Of a stretch of DNA of 64,000 nt, positions 1 to 13,908 are shown in pieces (positions within the stretch are counted from its first letter, which is position 1; each line of letters starts with the position of its first letter). This DNA comes from the human T2T-CHM13v2.0 reference genome, Homo sapiens: NCBI RefSeq assembly GCF_009914755.1, contig NC_060938.1; one strand, given 5' to 3'. The translations under genes were made by a program, and so were the position numbers. A model generated the notes under the pieces. That model searched no databases. It had not been told where the DNA came from and saw only the letters and a list, made by a program, of their open reading frames with translations.

Positions 1-79
1 AGAAAAAACTCAAATATGTTACAAGCCTATGTGTCTGGTTCCATTTTGAAGTACTGACCTAGGATCTCTGTACCTACTG

Positions 80-330
80 AATTTTTTTTGAGAGATAACA
101 TACACCTGAAAGTGCATAAAGTGCACTGTCTTAAAATGTACAGCTTGATCCTTCTTTAAAAAAAATCATATACGTACGCCCATGTAACTACTGTTCATAT
201 CTAGATGTTGAACACCTCCAACACATCCAACATAACCATAATGTTCCTCTGCACCTTCCCTGTCTATAATCTCTCAGAAGTAAACCAATATTCCGACTCC
301 TATAAAATCCATTAGCTTTACTACATGTTT
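80..330 (-). mobile_element. Old L1M(E) 3' fragment
   Basis: aagtgcac...tgtacagcttgat...catgtaactact pattern typical of antisense L1M 3' ends. Confidence 0.45.
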
Positions 331-419
331 CAAAGAAAACAAATGAGAACTCTGAAGGACATTTAATTGGAAAACTGCTTTAGCACATTATAAACTTACC
401 AATTTGCTTGTAAACGCTA

Positions 420-1260
420 ACCATTTGGCGCCAAAATCCTGGGAGGGTCTTTTAAACCGTTCTTCCTCAAAGCACCGCCCCACTTTTTACACCACGCCTC
501 CTTTTGCTCTGTTCCTTCCCCCACAATATTGGGACACCCTAGGCGGTAGAAGCAGCCGCTTTTCTGTCATGCGCATTGCGGAGAGTCGTTCTTCCCTCTT
601 TCCCGACTTCACCACTCACTGGGATCAGACCCCTGTCATGCGCATTGAGAGTCCTCTAGACAGGCGCTCCTCGCAGCACCGTAGTGCGCTTGCGCTGAGC
701 AGCCCGCGAGGGCGGAAGTGGGAGCTGCGACCGCGCTCCCTGTGAGGTGGGCAAGCGGCGAAATGGCGCCCTCCGGGAGTCTTGCAGTTCCCCTGGCAGT
801 CCTGGTGCTGTTGCTTTGGGGTGCTCCCTGGACGCACGGGCGGCGGAGCAACGTTCGCGTCATCACGGACGAGAACTGGAGAGAACTGCTGGAAGGAGAC
901 TGGATGATAGAATTGTGAGTGCGGGGCGGCCAGGGTCCTACGTCCGTGCCTGGACACACGACTTCACCCCGCACGTTCCTCGTGCGGGTCGCAGGCTCCC
1001 CAGGACTGCGCCTCCGAGTTGCGGAGCGAGCGTCCCCGACTTCTGCAGCTCCCCAAACTCTTGGGATCTGCCGCCAGCTTGGTCCCACCCCCTCGTCTCT
1101 TACCCGTGAATGTTAAGTTTCTTCTGGGGTGCACCCTCGTTTCGTTTCTTGGGTTGTGGTGCGCCCAAAGGGTTAGTGCCAATGCGAATTCTGACATTTT
1201 TCATGACTTTGAGGATGCGACTGGGGCGCGGGGAGGGAGGTGTCCGACTCGTGTCTAAGT
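420..1260 (+). promoter_or_regulatory. TMX1: CpG-island, TATA-less promoter of TMX1
   Basis: CpG-dense across exon 1; E2F palindrome TTTGGCGCCAAA 424-435; two NRF1-like CATGCGCA cores (568, 637); ETS-type GCGGAAGTG 712-720; YY1-type AAATGGCG 761-768. Confidence 0.85.
763..914 (+). CDS. TMX1: TMX1 exon 1 coding part (signal peptide and start of thioredoxin domain)
   Basis: gaaATGg at 763; MAPSG...GDWMIE(F); donor TT|gtgagt at 915; 152 nt. Confidence 0.97.
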
Positions 1261-1789
1261 AGTTAAAGTGATTCTTCACAGACTTCTACACTTATTTTCA
1301 CCACATTTTACATAAGAGAATATTGAGCAAAATTTCTCCTCTCGTTTTGTCTGTCCTTAAAAGATAGTCTCTTTATGGTGTTGGAATTTGGCGCTTTTAA
1401 GCTTTTTTTAATGGATTAGGTACGTTTCTTTTTTATTGTAAATACTGAGTCAATTCAAGTTGGGTTATTTTTAAGTTTTCGTTTTCTCTTTTTGCCTCCT
1501 CTTTTGCTTTCTCTTTTTTTCACTCCTCATCTCATTTTTCCTTTGGGTGTCTTTGTAGTGTAGAGAATACCTTGGGTTGTGACTCCTAGGTCTTTGTAAA
1601 TGGTATTACATTAAAAGATAATGTATTAATGTATACACTCTCAAGAGCGCCAGGTCATCATTTATTGCTCGAACGAAATCATGTATTTTGTGTGGTGATT
1701 TCAATTTAATAATATCTGTTCTGCCGCGGTGGGAAATAAAGTATCTGTCTTTGCTTTAGATGCTAAGTCGTTGTTGATGGTGGTATTAT

Positions 1790-1960
1790 ACATATTAGCA
1801 GTATTTACTGATAATAGTAAAAGCATAATTATTAACAGTGTACTGGACACCACTAAGCACCTTTACACGAATACCATATTTAATTCCCTACAAATTCTCT
1901 ATGACAGGTGTTTTTCACGTTTTACAAATGAGTAACAAGATACCTAAATACTTTAGTTAA
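1790..1960 (-). mobile_element. MIR fragment
   Basis: ctaagcacctttaca...tttaattccctacaa...ttttacaaatgag core. Confidence 0.5.
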
Positions 1961-2053
1961 CCTATGCAGATATTGCTGTGCTGGCTTTCTTTGGGTCTTC
2001 AGAGTAGGCATACAATAATTGTTGTTAGAACACCTTCTTCTTTAAAAAGGTTC

Positions 2054-2172
2054 AGCTGGAAGTGGCGTACGCTACCCAGGAGATTGAGGTATGAGGATGA
2101 CTTGAGCCCAGGGGTTCAAGAGATCCTGGGCAACTAGCAAAATAAATAAGTAAATAAATAAAAATGAAAAGA
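2054..2172 (+). mobile_element. FLAM/FAM-like Alu monomer
   Basis: gaggatgacttgagcccaggggttcaag...cctgggcaac plus (TAAA)n tail; flanking ggttcag repeat. Confidence 0.65.
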
Positions 2173-2318
2173 CAACAGGGTTCAGGTGAGTGTTTTCTTG
2201 TGTCACGAATACAGCAAGGGTTGTCAAGTTAAGGAGGCCAGTGAAAGTGACATCCCCAAGGGAGAACCCAGAAGGCTAAATCAGTAAGTCCTGTGTTATT
2301 TTTTAAAAAAACAAAACT

Positions 2319-2616
<298 letters not shown>

Positions 2617-3012
2617 TTATATGGAGGGTAAGATAAAGGGAAATTTTCATAGTATGCATGTAGTCTGCAATTCTGAAATGAATTTTCATTCAGGCACCAT
2701 TGAAAGCTTCAGGGGAGAGGAACTGTGACACTTTTTCAGTCATCATCATGAGTAACTTGTTTTAGATCTTGCCTGTAAAATAGTGTTATAAGCAATATAT
2801 TAAGCAACAGTGATCGTGTGTGTATATGCAAAATACAGTCAAGTATTACTCAAGGATATTTTTTAACTCATTATGGTCCAACTATATAAATACAGCAATC
2901 AGAAGTAGTATTAAGGAGAACAAGACTAACAAAACATTGAGTATGAGGTAAATCCACATTGGAGCATCTATCTGAAATTATGCTATAGAGTAGTAGTTTT
3001 TCTTTTTCCTTA

Positions 3013-3323
<311 letters not shown>

Positions 3324-4325
3324 CTAATTACAAGTGAATTATCTACAGTAAATCCATTTCTGCTCAGAAGTTTTGTCATGGAGATATTTTCATTGTAATA
3401 CGATTTATTGTTAGGAGCTTGGCTTTTATACTACCAGTTTGTCTTGTTCTACAATGTCTATTTTAGGAGTTTGGTTTTCATAAAACAAGTGAAGAAAATG
3501 TGAAGTACAGAAAGTATAGTTTTGTGTTTAACTGCTTTAGGCTTTATTCTTCCTGGTTCTGTTAAAAAAAAAAAAAAAAAAGAACAACCCTGTGGTGTAT
3601 TATAAGATAAAATACAATAAAGTGGAAAAATAAGATCCTCAGGAGATAATACCAGAGGAGTAATTTAAATGCTAATATGCTTGCATTTGTAAATCCAAGG
3701 TCTTGGAAACAGGATGACCTAACTGGCCAAGAGTTTTGTTTGGCCTGCTTAGTATTTGTGTGTGGGTTATTTTTTGAGGTAACATTCTCATATAAAAATG
3801 CAGCTCTCCATCTTCTTTTAAATATGAATAGCCAGCCTTAGTGTGCCAGCATCCTTAGTGGCAATCCTACTTAATAATGGTTGCCACTTTAAGATGGAAT
3901 ATGTGCTTTCTTATTCACCACAGCCCAGGACACTTCTGTTTTTCCAACACCTTGCATTTGTGACTCTGCATTATAAATTATTAAAATTGGTAAGCTCTAA
4001 CTTTGGTCTTGAGCTTTCTGGTGGCCACACCGTTAATAGAGAAATGCAAAAGTTTTCTAAAGAGCTGTTTTGCATGTGAAAAAATCCTGTGTCTTATTCT
4101 CAGAATTTTATTTGATTAGCATCATCAGTTCATCATTCTTGATTTCCGGATTGTTAGATCTACCCTTAAAAGTTTTTCATCTGCATAAAATTAACCACCT
4201 TATCATCTTCAGTGTTTTCATATGAAATATTCTTCATAAATTATACATTTAAATTTTTTAATCCCAAGATAAATGGTCATACTAAAGTGCTTAACTTTTT
4301 TTTTAAAAAAATCTGTATTTCTTAG

Positions 4326-4441
4326 TTATGCCCCGTGGTGCCCTGCTTGTCAAAATCTTCAACCGGAATGGGAAAGTTTTGCTGAATGGGGAGAAGATCT
4401 TGAGGTTAATATTGCGAAAGTAGATGTCACAGAGCAGCCAG
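4326..4441 (+). CDS. TMX1: TMX1 exon 2 (CPAC active site at 4339-4350)
   Basis: tttcttag|T TAT GCC CCG TGG TGC CCT GCT TGT = YAPWCPAC...VDVTEQP; donor CAG|gtactg; 116 nt. Confidence 0.97.
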
Positions 4442-5139
4442 GTACTGTAAGTCTTTGGTTAGTTTTGTTTCTTTGCTGTTTGGGTTGATATATTTATCCT
4501 TTTTTCTACATTGCATAGTCTTAATTCTACCTTTCTTTAGGTTTTGAAAACCTAACAGTCTGCAGCTAGTTAACCTGACTTGTCCACCTCCCTGCTGGGG
4601 GCTCAGTGTGCAATGGTTGCAAAATGGAGATTCCCTGGTTGTGTATACACCTCATTTCTTGAATGTGTTGCTTTAAGGGTTCTTGAAGACATTACCCTCT
4701 TTTTATTCTTGCCCACATAACTGCCTCTGATTTGTTGTTCTTTGCATCCCAGGCCCCAGACTAGTATGTAAGATGCCTTTGAGAAGTCCTAGGACACTGT
4801 GGTTCAGGTGAACATTGGCCAAGCCACATTTGCATCCATACCAGGCTTCAGAATAAGGAGCATGTGGTTGAGTGTTTTTCTGGAGTCAAGGTCACGTTCC
4901 CTGACAAAAGAAGATCTGAATCTCTGAAATTGAGTTTTAAATTTAGTACCTATGATTTGAGGATGTGGGCTTCTAAATATAAAGCCCTCGTGGTTGTGAG
5001 GTCAAGTGCACTCCTGACTTGGTCCCTGGACAAGTGGCAGGTCCTGCCCTTAAGGAGGTTCCTTCCACAGACCAATCTCATCTTACCGTTCTCGGTAGTC
5101 ACACTACCCTTGGATTCTTGGCTGTCCCATCCCAAATGG

Positions 5140-5277
5140 TAATAATAGGTAATATTTATCGAGCGCTTGCCTATTATAGCACTCTTCCAAATATCTTGTG
5201 TTTATTATTTAATCCTTATACAACCCCGTGAAATATGTAATGTCCCCATTTCACAGATAAGAAAACTGAGGCACAGG
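5140..5277 (-). mobile_element. MIR
   Basis: ccccatttcacagataagaaaactgaggcacag core. Confidence 0.75.
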
Positions 5278-5782
5278 TCAATTCTCTGTAATATCAGTGC
5301 TTGACACATGGCTAACAATAAATGTTAGCTGCTATTATTTTTGCCTGTCTCATGAAAGATTCATAGTATTTTCCATTTTTAGCAGCACCATAAACTGCCT
5401 TTGTTTGTTGAATGTCAAGTACAATTCCATTGGATTTTAGATCTAAGACCCTATTACCTTGTGCTCTCCCATGAGCACAAGGTGCTCTTATTACTAGTAG
5501 TCTTAATTTTGACAGTGATATAAATGTTGAAGTGTTTTTATTTAAAAATGTATTCAGTACTCTAGTTCTACATACTTTTTAACTGAGATAATGTGCAGTA
5601 TTGTGTTTTTTAAAGTTGCTTTAAGTACATAATTCATTTTTAAATTATGTATTACGAAGCTCAACTATTAGGTATAATTTCATATTCTTTCCTATTAGTA
5701 TGTATTTAAATAATTCAAAGTCACGTTTTAAGTAGTCAGTGATTGGCCTATGTAAAACCTGCTGTGTGTTCTTTATTTGTAG

Positions 5783-5828
5783 GACTGAGTGGACGGTTTA
5801 TCATAACTGCTCTTCCTACTATTTATCA
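5783..5828 (+). CDS. TMX1: TMX1 exon 3
   Basis: tttgtag|GA CTG AGT GGA CGG = (G)LSGRFIITALPTIY(H), including the thioredoxin cis-Pro LPT; donor CA|gtaagt; 46 nt. Confidence 0.96.
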
Positions 5829-7561
5829 GTAAGTATTTGAAGACTCTAAATTATGGAGAAGGATGCATTATAGTGTAATCAGAAGTAGTAGGCCTCTGGC
5901 TTGGATCATGCTGGAAGAGCTGAGGTAATCTCATTATATTCAGCAGGTATTTTAGAGGGCTTGTTTTGCTTAGTGTTATCCTAGGTGCCTTTAGGTAGTT
6001 GAGTGATGTGTGAAACAGTCTCTGTTCTCAAAGATTTACAGTTGTTTTGGAAAGTGATGTTCTTGTGAAATGGTGTGATCCTGTTCAGCGTGTTAAGTCA
6101 TTATGCATCCAAAGTAGTGGTGAGTCCTGTAGGTAATTGGATAAAGGAGAAATCACAGTTACCTGGATTGGTTCCCAGAGAATATGGGGTTTAAATGAAA
6201 CCTTGGAAGTAGAATTTTAAGAGTGGAGCGTAAGCATTTTATTGTGAGGACAATCTCATAAACAGTCATTAACAGGAACATGTTATGTCCAAAAAGTAGC
6301 TAAGAAAGTGCTGTTGTACAGCCTTGGGTAGAGTAATAGGTGACAGTTGGGTAATAAAACAGAATGAGCAAGATTATGTAGTCTTCAGTGTCAGGTCTAT
6401 TAGTTTGACTTTATCTTCTAAATTGAGGGTATGAAATCTCAAGTCTGTGTACCCCAACATCATATAGCTGGTAGGTTAAATACCAGGAGGTACTGAAAAT
6501 AAGTTGACAATTCTTTGTATTTATAGCTTGCTTTTCTTTGCCCTTTTTTCTTTTTTTTATGGTTTTAAAATTCACCCCTACTCCCTTTACATCTATATAA
6601 ATTTCTGTTCGCTGTCTCCATAAGTGCTTCTGTCCTGCCCTTCTCATTCAGTCCTTTTCCCCACGTGCCCCTTCAGTCTCTCCCTTTGCTTTTCACTTCT
6701 TAGTGCCCTGTGACCTTATTTGGAATTTCCTGCCCTTTTTCTTTTAGTCAAAATTGTTTACCATATCCTTTCTCCTGTTTCCTGCCTGTCGAAATCTTAC
6801 CTATGCTTCAAATAATAGCTCAAATGACACTTCACAAAAACTTTGTGTTTTGGGGTGGGGGGCTTCCTCGTGGTTTTTACCTCTGAGTGGATAAAGGGTC
6901 CCTTAACCCTACTTAACAGGTCCCTAGTAGGGAGCTGATGAGTTTTTGCACTTAAAGATGTTGGAGCCAAGAGAACATTTGTGACTCTGACAGAACTTTC
7001 TACATTGGGAATGGGAAGGAGGAGGTGGATCTAAGGAAGGCTGCAAAGCTCACTAAATAGTCACTGAAATGAGAGGAAGGGAAGCACCGTACCAGATGCC
7101 TCCAGTGATTTAAAGCAGGGTGTCTGAGGTGATGCTATTATAGCCAAAAGTACTAGAAAAATGCCTTAAAATTTTAAGTTATAGCTTAACAGCTAATAAT
7201 TACTATGTGCCAAGCACTATTCTAATAATTTTTATATAATTCTTTTAATATGTGTATTATACATAAGGCTTAAAAGTACTTTCCTGAGATTTATCTACTT
7301 ACTGTATTTCATAGTTTCATTACTTGGAAGAATAACAGTAATTACATTTTAAGGCTTATGATTTAAAAAAATGTAACCTCATTGTTAAATTGGGGGCTAA
7401 AATGTCATGAGTAGGTAAATAGTATAATTTGCTATTAATACTTGTACATTGCTAATGCTTTTGAATGTTAGAATTGACTGTAAAGTGAAGTGAAAAAATA
7501 GCAAAATAAATATTAAATTATTTCTCAGTGCTGGATAATATTTAATTCTGATTCTCTTTAG

Positions 7562-7690
7562 TTGTAAAGATGGTGAATTTAGGCGCTATCAGGGTCCAAG
7601 GACTAAGAAGGACTTCATAAACTTTATAAGTGATAAAGAGTGGAAGAGTATTGAGCCCGTTTCATCATGGTTTGGTCCAGGTTCTGTTCT
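7562..7690 (+). CDS. TMX1: TMX1 exon 4
   Basis: ctctttag|T TGT AAA GAT GGT = CKDGEFRRYQGPRTKKDFINFISDKEWKSIEPVSSWFGPGSV(L); donor CT|gtaagt; 129 nt. Confidence 0.96.
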
Positions 7691-7727
7691 GTAAGTATGA
7701 GGGCTTTTTCTCTTACCCATTTCATAA

Positions 7728-8126
<399 letters not shown>

Positions 8127-9795
8127 TACATGTTTGATCTTTTTAGTTTGACCTTCTAAGTCAAACATATTTTCATGCTTCTTGAGTTAGAGAAGGCATT
8201 TTATAGAAGTAAGTTGTACACCTTTTCAGGAATATTTTAGCTTGCTAGATTTGGTCATATGTATCATCAAAAACTAAATGCCCCTAAGAGTCTTCACAGT
8301 GTAATGGGTAAAGCTATCACTCGAGTGTAATAATTTGAATGAGTAGGCTCAAACTTGTACTCATGCTACCTCCAGACTTCAATTTGTCTTTTAATGTTCT
8401 GTCTCCATAGAGACCGTCAATAATTGCCGATACCAACTAAATTAATTACATAAACTTCAACTCTTGATGTCAAGCGACTGAATTATGTTTGGTTGGTTAT
8501 TCCACCTGTCTGATAACTTCTTATATGAATAGTGTGTATAAACGGTGACCGTAATAGTGTGCCTAAGCACTGAGCTTTATAGATATCTAGAGGGTAGATG
8601 AATTTCCTCGTAGCAACTGGCTATGGAGTGATAAGGATTGGAAGTAGCAAGCATGCTTTCTGCTTTGCTGTTGGAGTACAAGGCCTCACTGGTCATGTGA
8701 GAGACCTCTGGGAACAGTGAGTTTTGCTGAGGTCACCATGGACTGATCCTGTGTGGCCATCTGTCTCTTCCTATCCTCTCACCACACTTACCTTTGGAGG
8801 ATAGGGAGTTGGGACAGTAATCACATAAGAGAAAAATGCTCTAGATTCTGGGGATGGGAGAAAGATTAGCCCTGTTAACACTCACCCATTGAACTACCAT
8901 GCCCAACTCAATTTTGGATCCTACTGTTTCTGAAATAAATTACTGCAGACTACAGTGAGGCTATACAGTGCTTTATGTTTCAGTTCCTTGTTTCTCTTCT
9001 CACTTGGCTTTTAAACAACAGAAGCAACATGATTAAAATACCTTTCTGTGTCGAACTAAAAGTATAACTGATTTTTGTTCTCTGAAATCTCATCTCATAA
9101 ATGAATCTTGTCCTTCCAGTAGAAGAAAGTAGTTGCTTGTAAGTCTATTTTCAAGCAGCTACAATTGGGAACTCACAGACCTTTCTTATTTCTGAAACAT
9201 GCCTTTTTAAAACTGGCCATTTAATTATGTAAAATACTAATTTTTGCTTATATGATGACTTAGCATTTATTTCCTATGTAATAATTTTGTATATCATTAA
9301 AAGATGTCAAACTAATGATCTTGTAAATTTTAATTAATTTCAATAAAAAAGAGGGATAGTTCTTAAATGGAAAGAATTGGCTTGACAATTGTTTCCAGTC
9401 CTTACTTTAGCCTCCCTTTGGTCTTGCTTTGAAGGCTTTTAAGGGTGAGTAAGAGTTGCCTTTTCCAACTGGTTTCATGGAACTTGTAACCCTTTACTCA
9501 GTGTATTGGAGAAATCATCAGATGAAATACAAAATATTAACATCAAAACAGTGGGAGAAAAGGAAAAAAATACTGTCAAGTATTTTTATTTATGAGGCTG
9601 TCACATGGTAGTGTCAATTTAGAAACAGTTTTCATGAAGAAGGCTTATTACAGGCATGAAATCAGTGATGTGTCACTAGTCTTGATTAACAGCAATAAAA
9701 TCTGTCATATTGGGGAAATTATAGAGTAGAAAATAGTATGTATAGACAAATCTGTGTATGTTACTCAGTTTTTTAATCATCTCTTTTATTTTTAG

Positions 9796-9841
9796 GATGA
9801 GTAGTATGTCAGCACTCTTTCAGCTATCTATGTGGATCAGG
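9796..9841 (+). CDS. TMX1: TMX1 exon 5
   Basis: tttttag|G ATG AGT AGT = MSSMSALFQLSMWIR; donor AGG|gtatgg; 46 nt. Confidence 0.96.
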
Positions 9842-9936
9842 GTATGGACTAAAATATTTTTATCTTAAACATTTTTACCACTATCACTTTAACAAAAATG
9901 AACAGATTTTTAGTTTTTTTTTTCTTTTGATTTTAG

Positions 9937-10038
9937 ACGTGCCATAACTACTTTATTGAAGACCTTGGATTGCCAGTGTGGGGATCATATACTGTTTTTG
10001 CTTTAGCAACTCTGTTTTCCGGACTGTTATTAGGACTC
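9937..10038 (+). CDS. TMX1: TMX1 exon 6 (most of the transmembrane helix)
   Basis: ttttag|ACG TGC CAT = TCHNYFIEDLGLPVWGSYTVFALATLFSGLLLGL; donor CTC|gtaagt; 102 nt. Confidence 0.96.
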
Positions 10039-10161
10039 GTAAGTATTTCATTTTTGGAGTGCTAGGAAGAAAGATATTTAAAAATGTGATTATTTAAAAT
10101 AGTTACATTAGCTGTGGCATATATTCTACATTCAGATTTCTTACAATGTTTATTTTTACAG

Positions 10162-10234
10162 TGTATGATATTTGTGGCAGATTGCCTTTGTCCTTCAAAA
10201 AGGCGCAGACCACAGCCATACCCATACCCTTCAA
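10162..10234 (+). CDS. TMX1: TMX1 exon 7 (juxtamembrane cysteines, basic patch)
   Basis: tttttacag|TGT ATG = CMIFVADCLCPSKRRRPQPYPYPS; donor A|gtaagt; 73 nt. Confidence 0.96.
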
Positions 10235-10905
10235 GTAAGTATATTTTAAAATGTTTATTTTTTATTCACGATAGTCCTATTCATTTCTGTAATCACAATC
10301 ACACATTTCACAGGTTGCTCTTCCAGCTTAGAATTCTAACTGTGGATTGTTGGTCTTTATCAGCTATGGCATAAAGGAAGGTAGAGGAGATGTATATTTC
10401 ATATAAGAATGTAGCCCAGTGGATTTTGGAACATTGTTATTTTCTTGACTCTTATATTATGGGGAATTTTAACATTGCATATAGCATGTAGCTATTTAAT
10501 AATATTTATTTGGTGTCGTTTTATAAGTGGAGTATATTCTACTCTTGAAGTCTTTCATTAGTATACCGGCCGCCACATTTGAAGATTATTCTTTGAATGC
10601 CAGCCAACTGTAAGTTTTTTCTGGTAGGATATTGGGAAAAGCAATCCCTATAGTTGATTTAGGATGCCACTGACACTGAACTGTACTACAGAACAATTTA
10701 AATAATTACAAGCATTTACCAATCTTGTAATTGTACTGTTAATGGAAGCATTTATATTTGCAGTTCTTAAAGAACTTTTACTTATCTGTTACCTCGTTTG
10801 CTCTTCAGCAACTCTGTAGTAGAGTGCATAGGTGTTACTGCTCCCATTTTGTACTTGAGGAGACTAAGGTTCACAGTCACACAGAAGTGACAAAGCTGAT
10901 TTTAA

Positions 10906-11255
<350 letters not shown>

Positions 11256-11616
11256 ATGATGTCTTTCTTAACTTAGCTTATTGAGATCAAAATTTCCGAA
11301 ATGAAGTCTATGGAGATTGAATTTATAGTGTACCTTGTCCTTTCATACTGGTAGGTCATCTTTTCATTTCTTAGATAGTTGCATTGATACTAAAAAGGAC
11401 ATGCATAGGGGATGGAATCATTTTATCCAAAAAGGGCCACTGATGTCTAGGAAAAAAACGTAAGCACAGATTACTTAAAAGACAAATGTATTGTTAGGTT
11501 TAAGGTTTTTGAAGTGAAATGAATATAAAATGTTTACTCACCAACTTTTAAATTGTGAATAAAATGTAAGATATAATTTAGTAGATACAAAAGATAGATA
11601 TATAAAAGTAGCTATA

Positions 11617-11908
11617 CCGATGGTCCCTGACCTACAATCATTCAACTTAAAATTGACTTTACGATGGTGCAAAATGAATATGCGTTCAGTAGAAACCGTA
11701 CTTTAAATTTTGAATTTTGACCTATTCTGGGCTACTGGTATGGAGTACTTTTGTGATGCTGGGCAGATTAGGTTAGGTTAGGTGTATTAATGTATTTCAA
11801 CTTATGTAAGGATAGGTTAGTTGTATTAAATGCCTTTTTGACTTATGATATTTTCAGCTTATGATGATTTATCAGGGTATAACCCCATCATAAGTCAAGG
11901 AGCATCTG
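11617..11908 (-). mobile_element. MER47/Tigger5-type Tc1-mariner MITE
   Basis: Ends ccgatggtccctgac and gtcaaggagcatctg form TIRs; TA on both sides; internal ~40-bp duplication. Confidence 0.8.
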
Positions 11909-12169
11909 TATTATGTTTTGTTTTTTTATATTCTGTCTTCACCCTCACATAAATCATATGGCCGTCAGAAAATCCGTTGTGTGATAAGTGTGCAACTAGC
12001 ATTGGATCCCATAAATGTACCAAAGTACCTACTAAGTCATGTGATGTGCAGGCTGTTACTGCCACTGTTGCCAGGTCGTCCTCCTGTCTCCCAAGAGTTT
12101 ACTTTGGGAGTCTGCATAGATTGATTTCTCTGAGGATGTAGGTGTTGGAGTCTGAGTCATCTTACCACT

Positions 12170-12348
12170 TAGAGCAAACTTGAGAGTGTCTGAGACTTGC
12201 CCGAAGAACTTGTTCAAACAGATTGCTGATTCCCCACCCTGGGTTTTGGACTCAGAAGTTCTGTATTGGGGCCAAGAATTTCCATTTCTTAAAATTCCCA
12301 GGTGAAGTTGATGTTGCTGGTCTGAGGACCACTATTTGAGAACCCCTG
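12170..12348. mobile_element. MER5A (hAT-Charlie)
   Basis: cttgttcaaacagattgctg...ttcccaggtgaagttgatgttgctggtctgaggaccactatttgagaac. Confidence 0.75.
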
Positions 12349-12747
12349 TCTTAGAGAAAGTGGTTACCAATGGGAAAATCTATAGGCCCCGGGGCCTGAA
12401 ATAACTTGTCTTTTGGTGTTGACCATACAAACTTTTTAAAAGAATACTGACTCTGATAGAATCCTTTCTGTGCAATATTGTGGAATACGTAACTGGTGTA
12501 CACAAAGAGGTAAGTGTTCTCAAACAAGATGGGTAAGTCAGTGAATAGGCACAATTTTAGAAACTTTAAAAGAGTTGAACCTAAGGAAATGACAGAGATA
12601 ATACTCTACCTCTTTTAGGAAGTTACAAGGGAATTCATTTCTTGGAAATGAAATTTTTAAAATGACTTGGCTAATTAATGTCAAGCTACTTAAGTTTTTC
12701 TGTCCTCTATTATGATCCACAGTAAAAGTCACTAAAGAAATCTTTCC

Positions 12748-13370
<623 letters not shown>

Positions 13371-13494
13371 GTGTAATTTATTTTTCTTTAGTAATACAAC
13401 TGATATTAATCCAGACTTTAAAGTGATATTGCCATGCCCCTTCCGTAATGGAACACATGATTTGAATTGTTTTTCAGTATGTGTGCTTGTCTTG

Positions 13495-13700
13495 ATTTTG
13501 AGTTGCTAGGGTTGCTAAGGAAACCCAACTCAATCTACTGTTAAGCAAAATTGGAATTTATTGGTTTATGTAGGGATGAAGTCTGAGGTCAGGGTTGACT
13601 GGATCCTTAAGGCTCAAATGATGTTGTTAAGATGCTGTTTCTGAGTTACTCAGTTCTCCACACCTTGACTTGTTCAATTCTCAGTTGAGTGTTTAGAATT
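13495..13700. mobile_element. MLT1-type (ERVL-MaLR) LTR fragment
   Basis: gaaacccaactcaa...ttaagcaaaattggaatttattgg motif. Confidence 0.45.
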
Positions 13701-13908
13701 TTTTATTTTTTATTTTTCTAGTTTTTTTCTGCTCACAAGGACATCTGGATCAGTTTGGCCCTTTCCAGTCACTAGCATAAGGTGGTTAGAGAAAACCATA
13801 GTCACAATCTAAGAATAAGAAGGAAATTCATTTTTTTTCTACACCCACCTATTTTTTGGAGAAATTCTGGTGCACTCTGCTTGTGTAAAGGTCTCATTTT
13901 TTGGAAAC

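Noticed and set aside
404-1258. Several overlapping ORFs of 65-150 aa on both strands around exon 1
   Set aside because: Expected in a GC-rich, stop-poor CpG island; no recognisable domains. Only the TMX1 frame is supported.
7521-7561. Upstream AG (tttctcag) 33 nt before exon 4
   Set aside because: Short pyrimidine tract, and use would insert an in-frame TAA. No reason to think it is more than a cryptic site.
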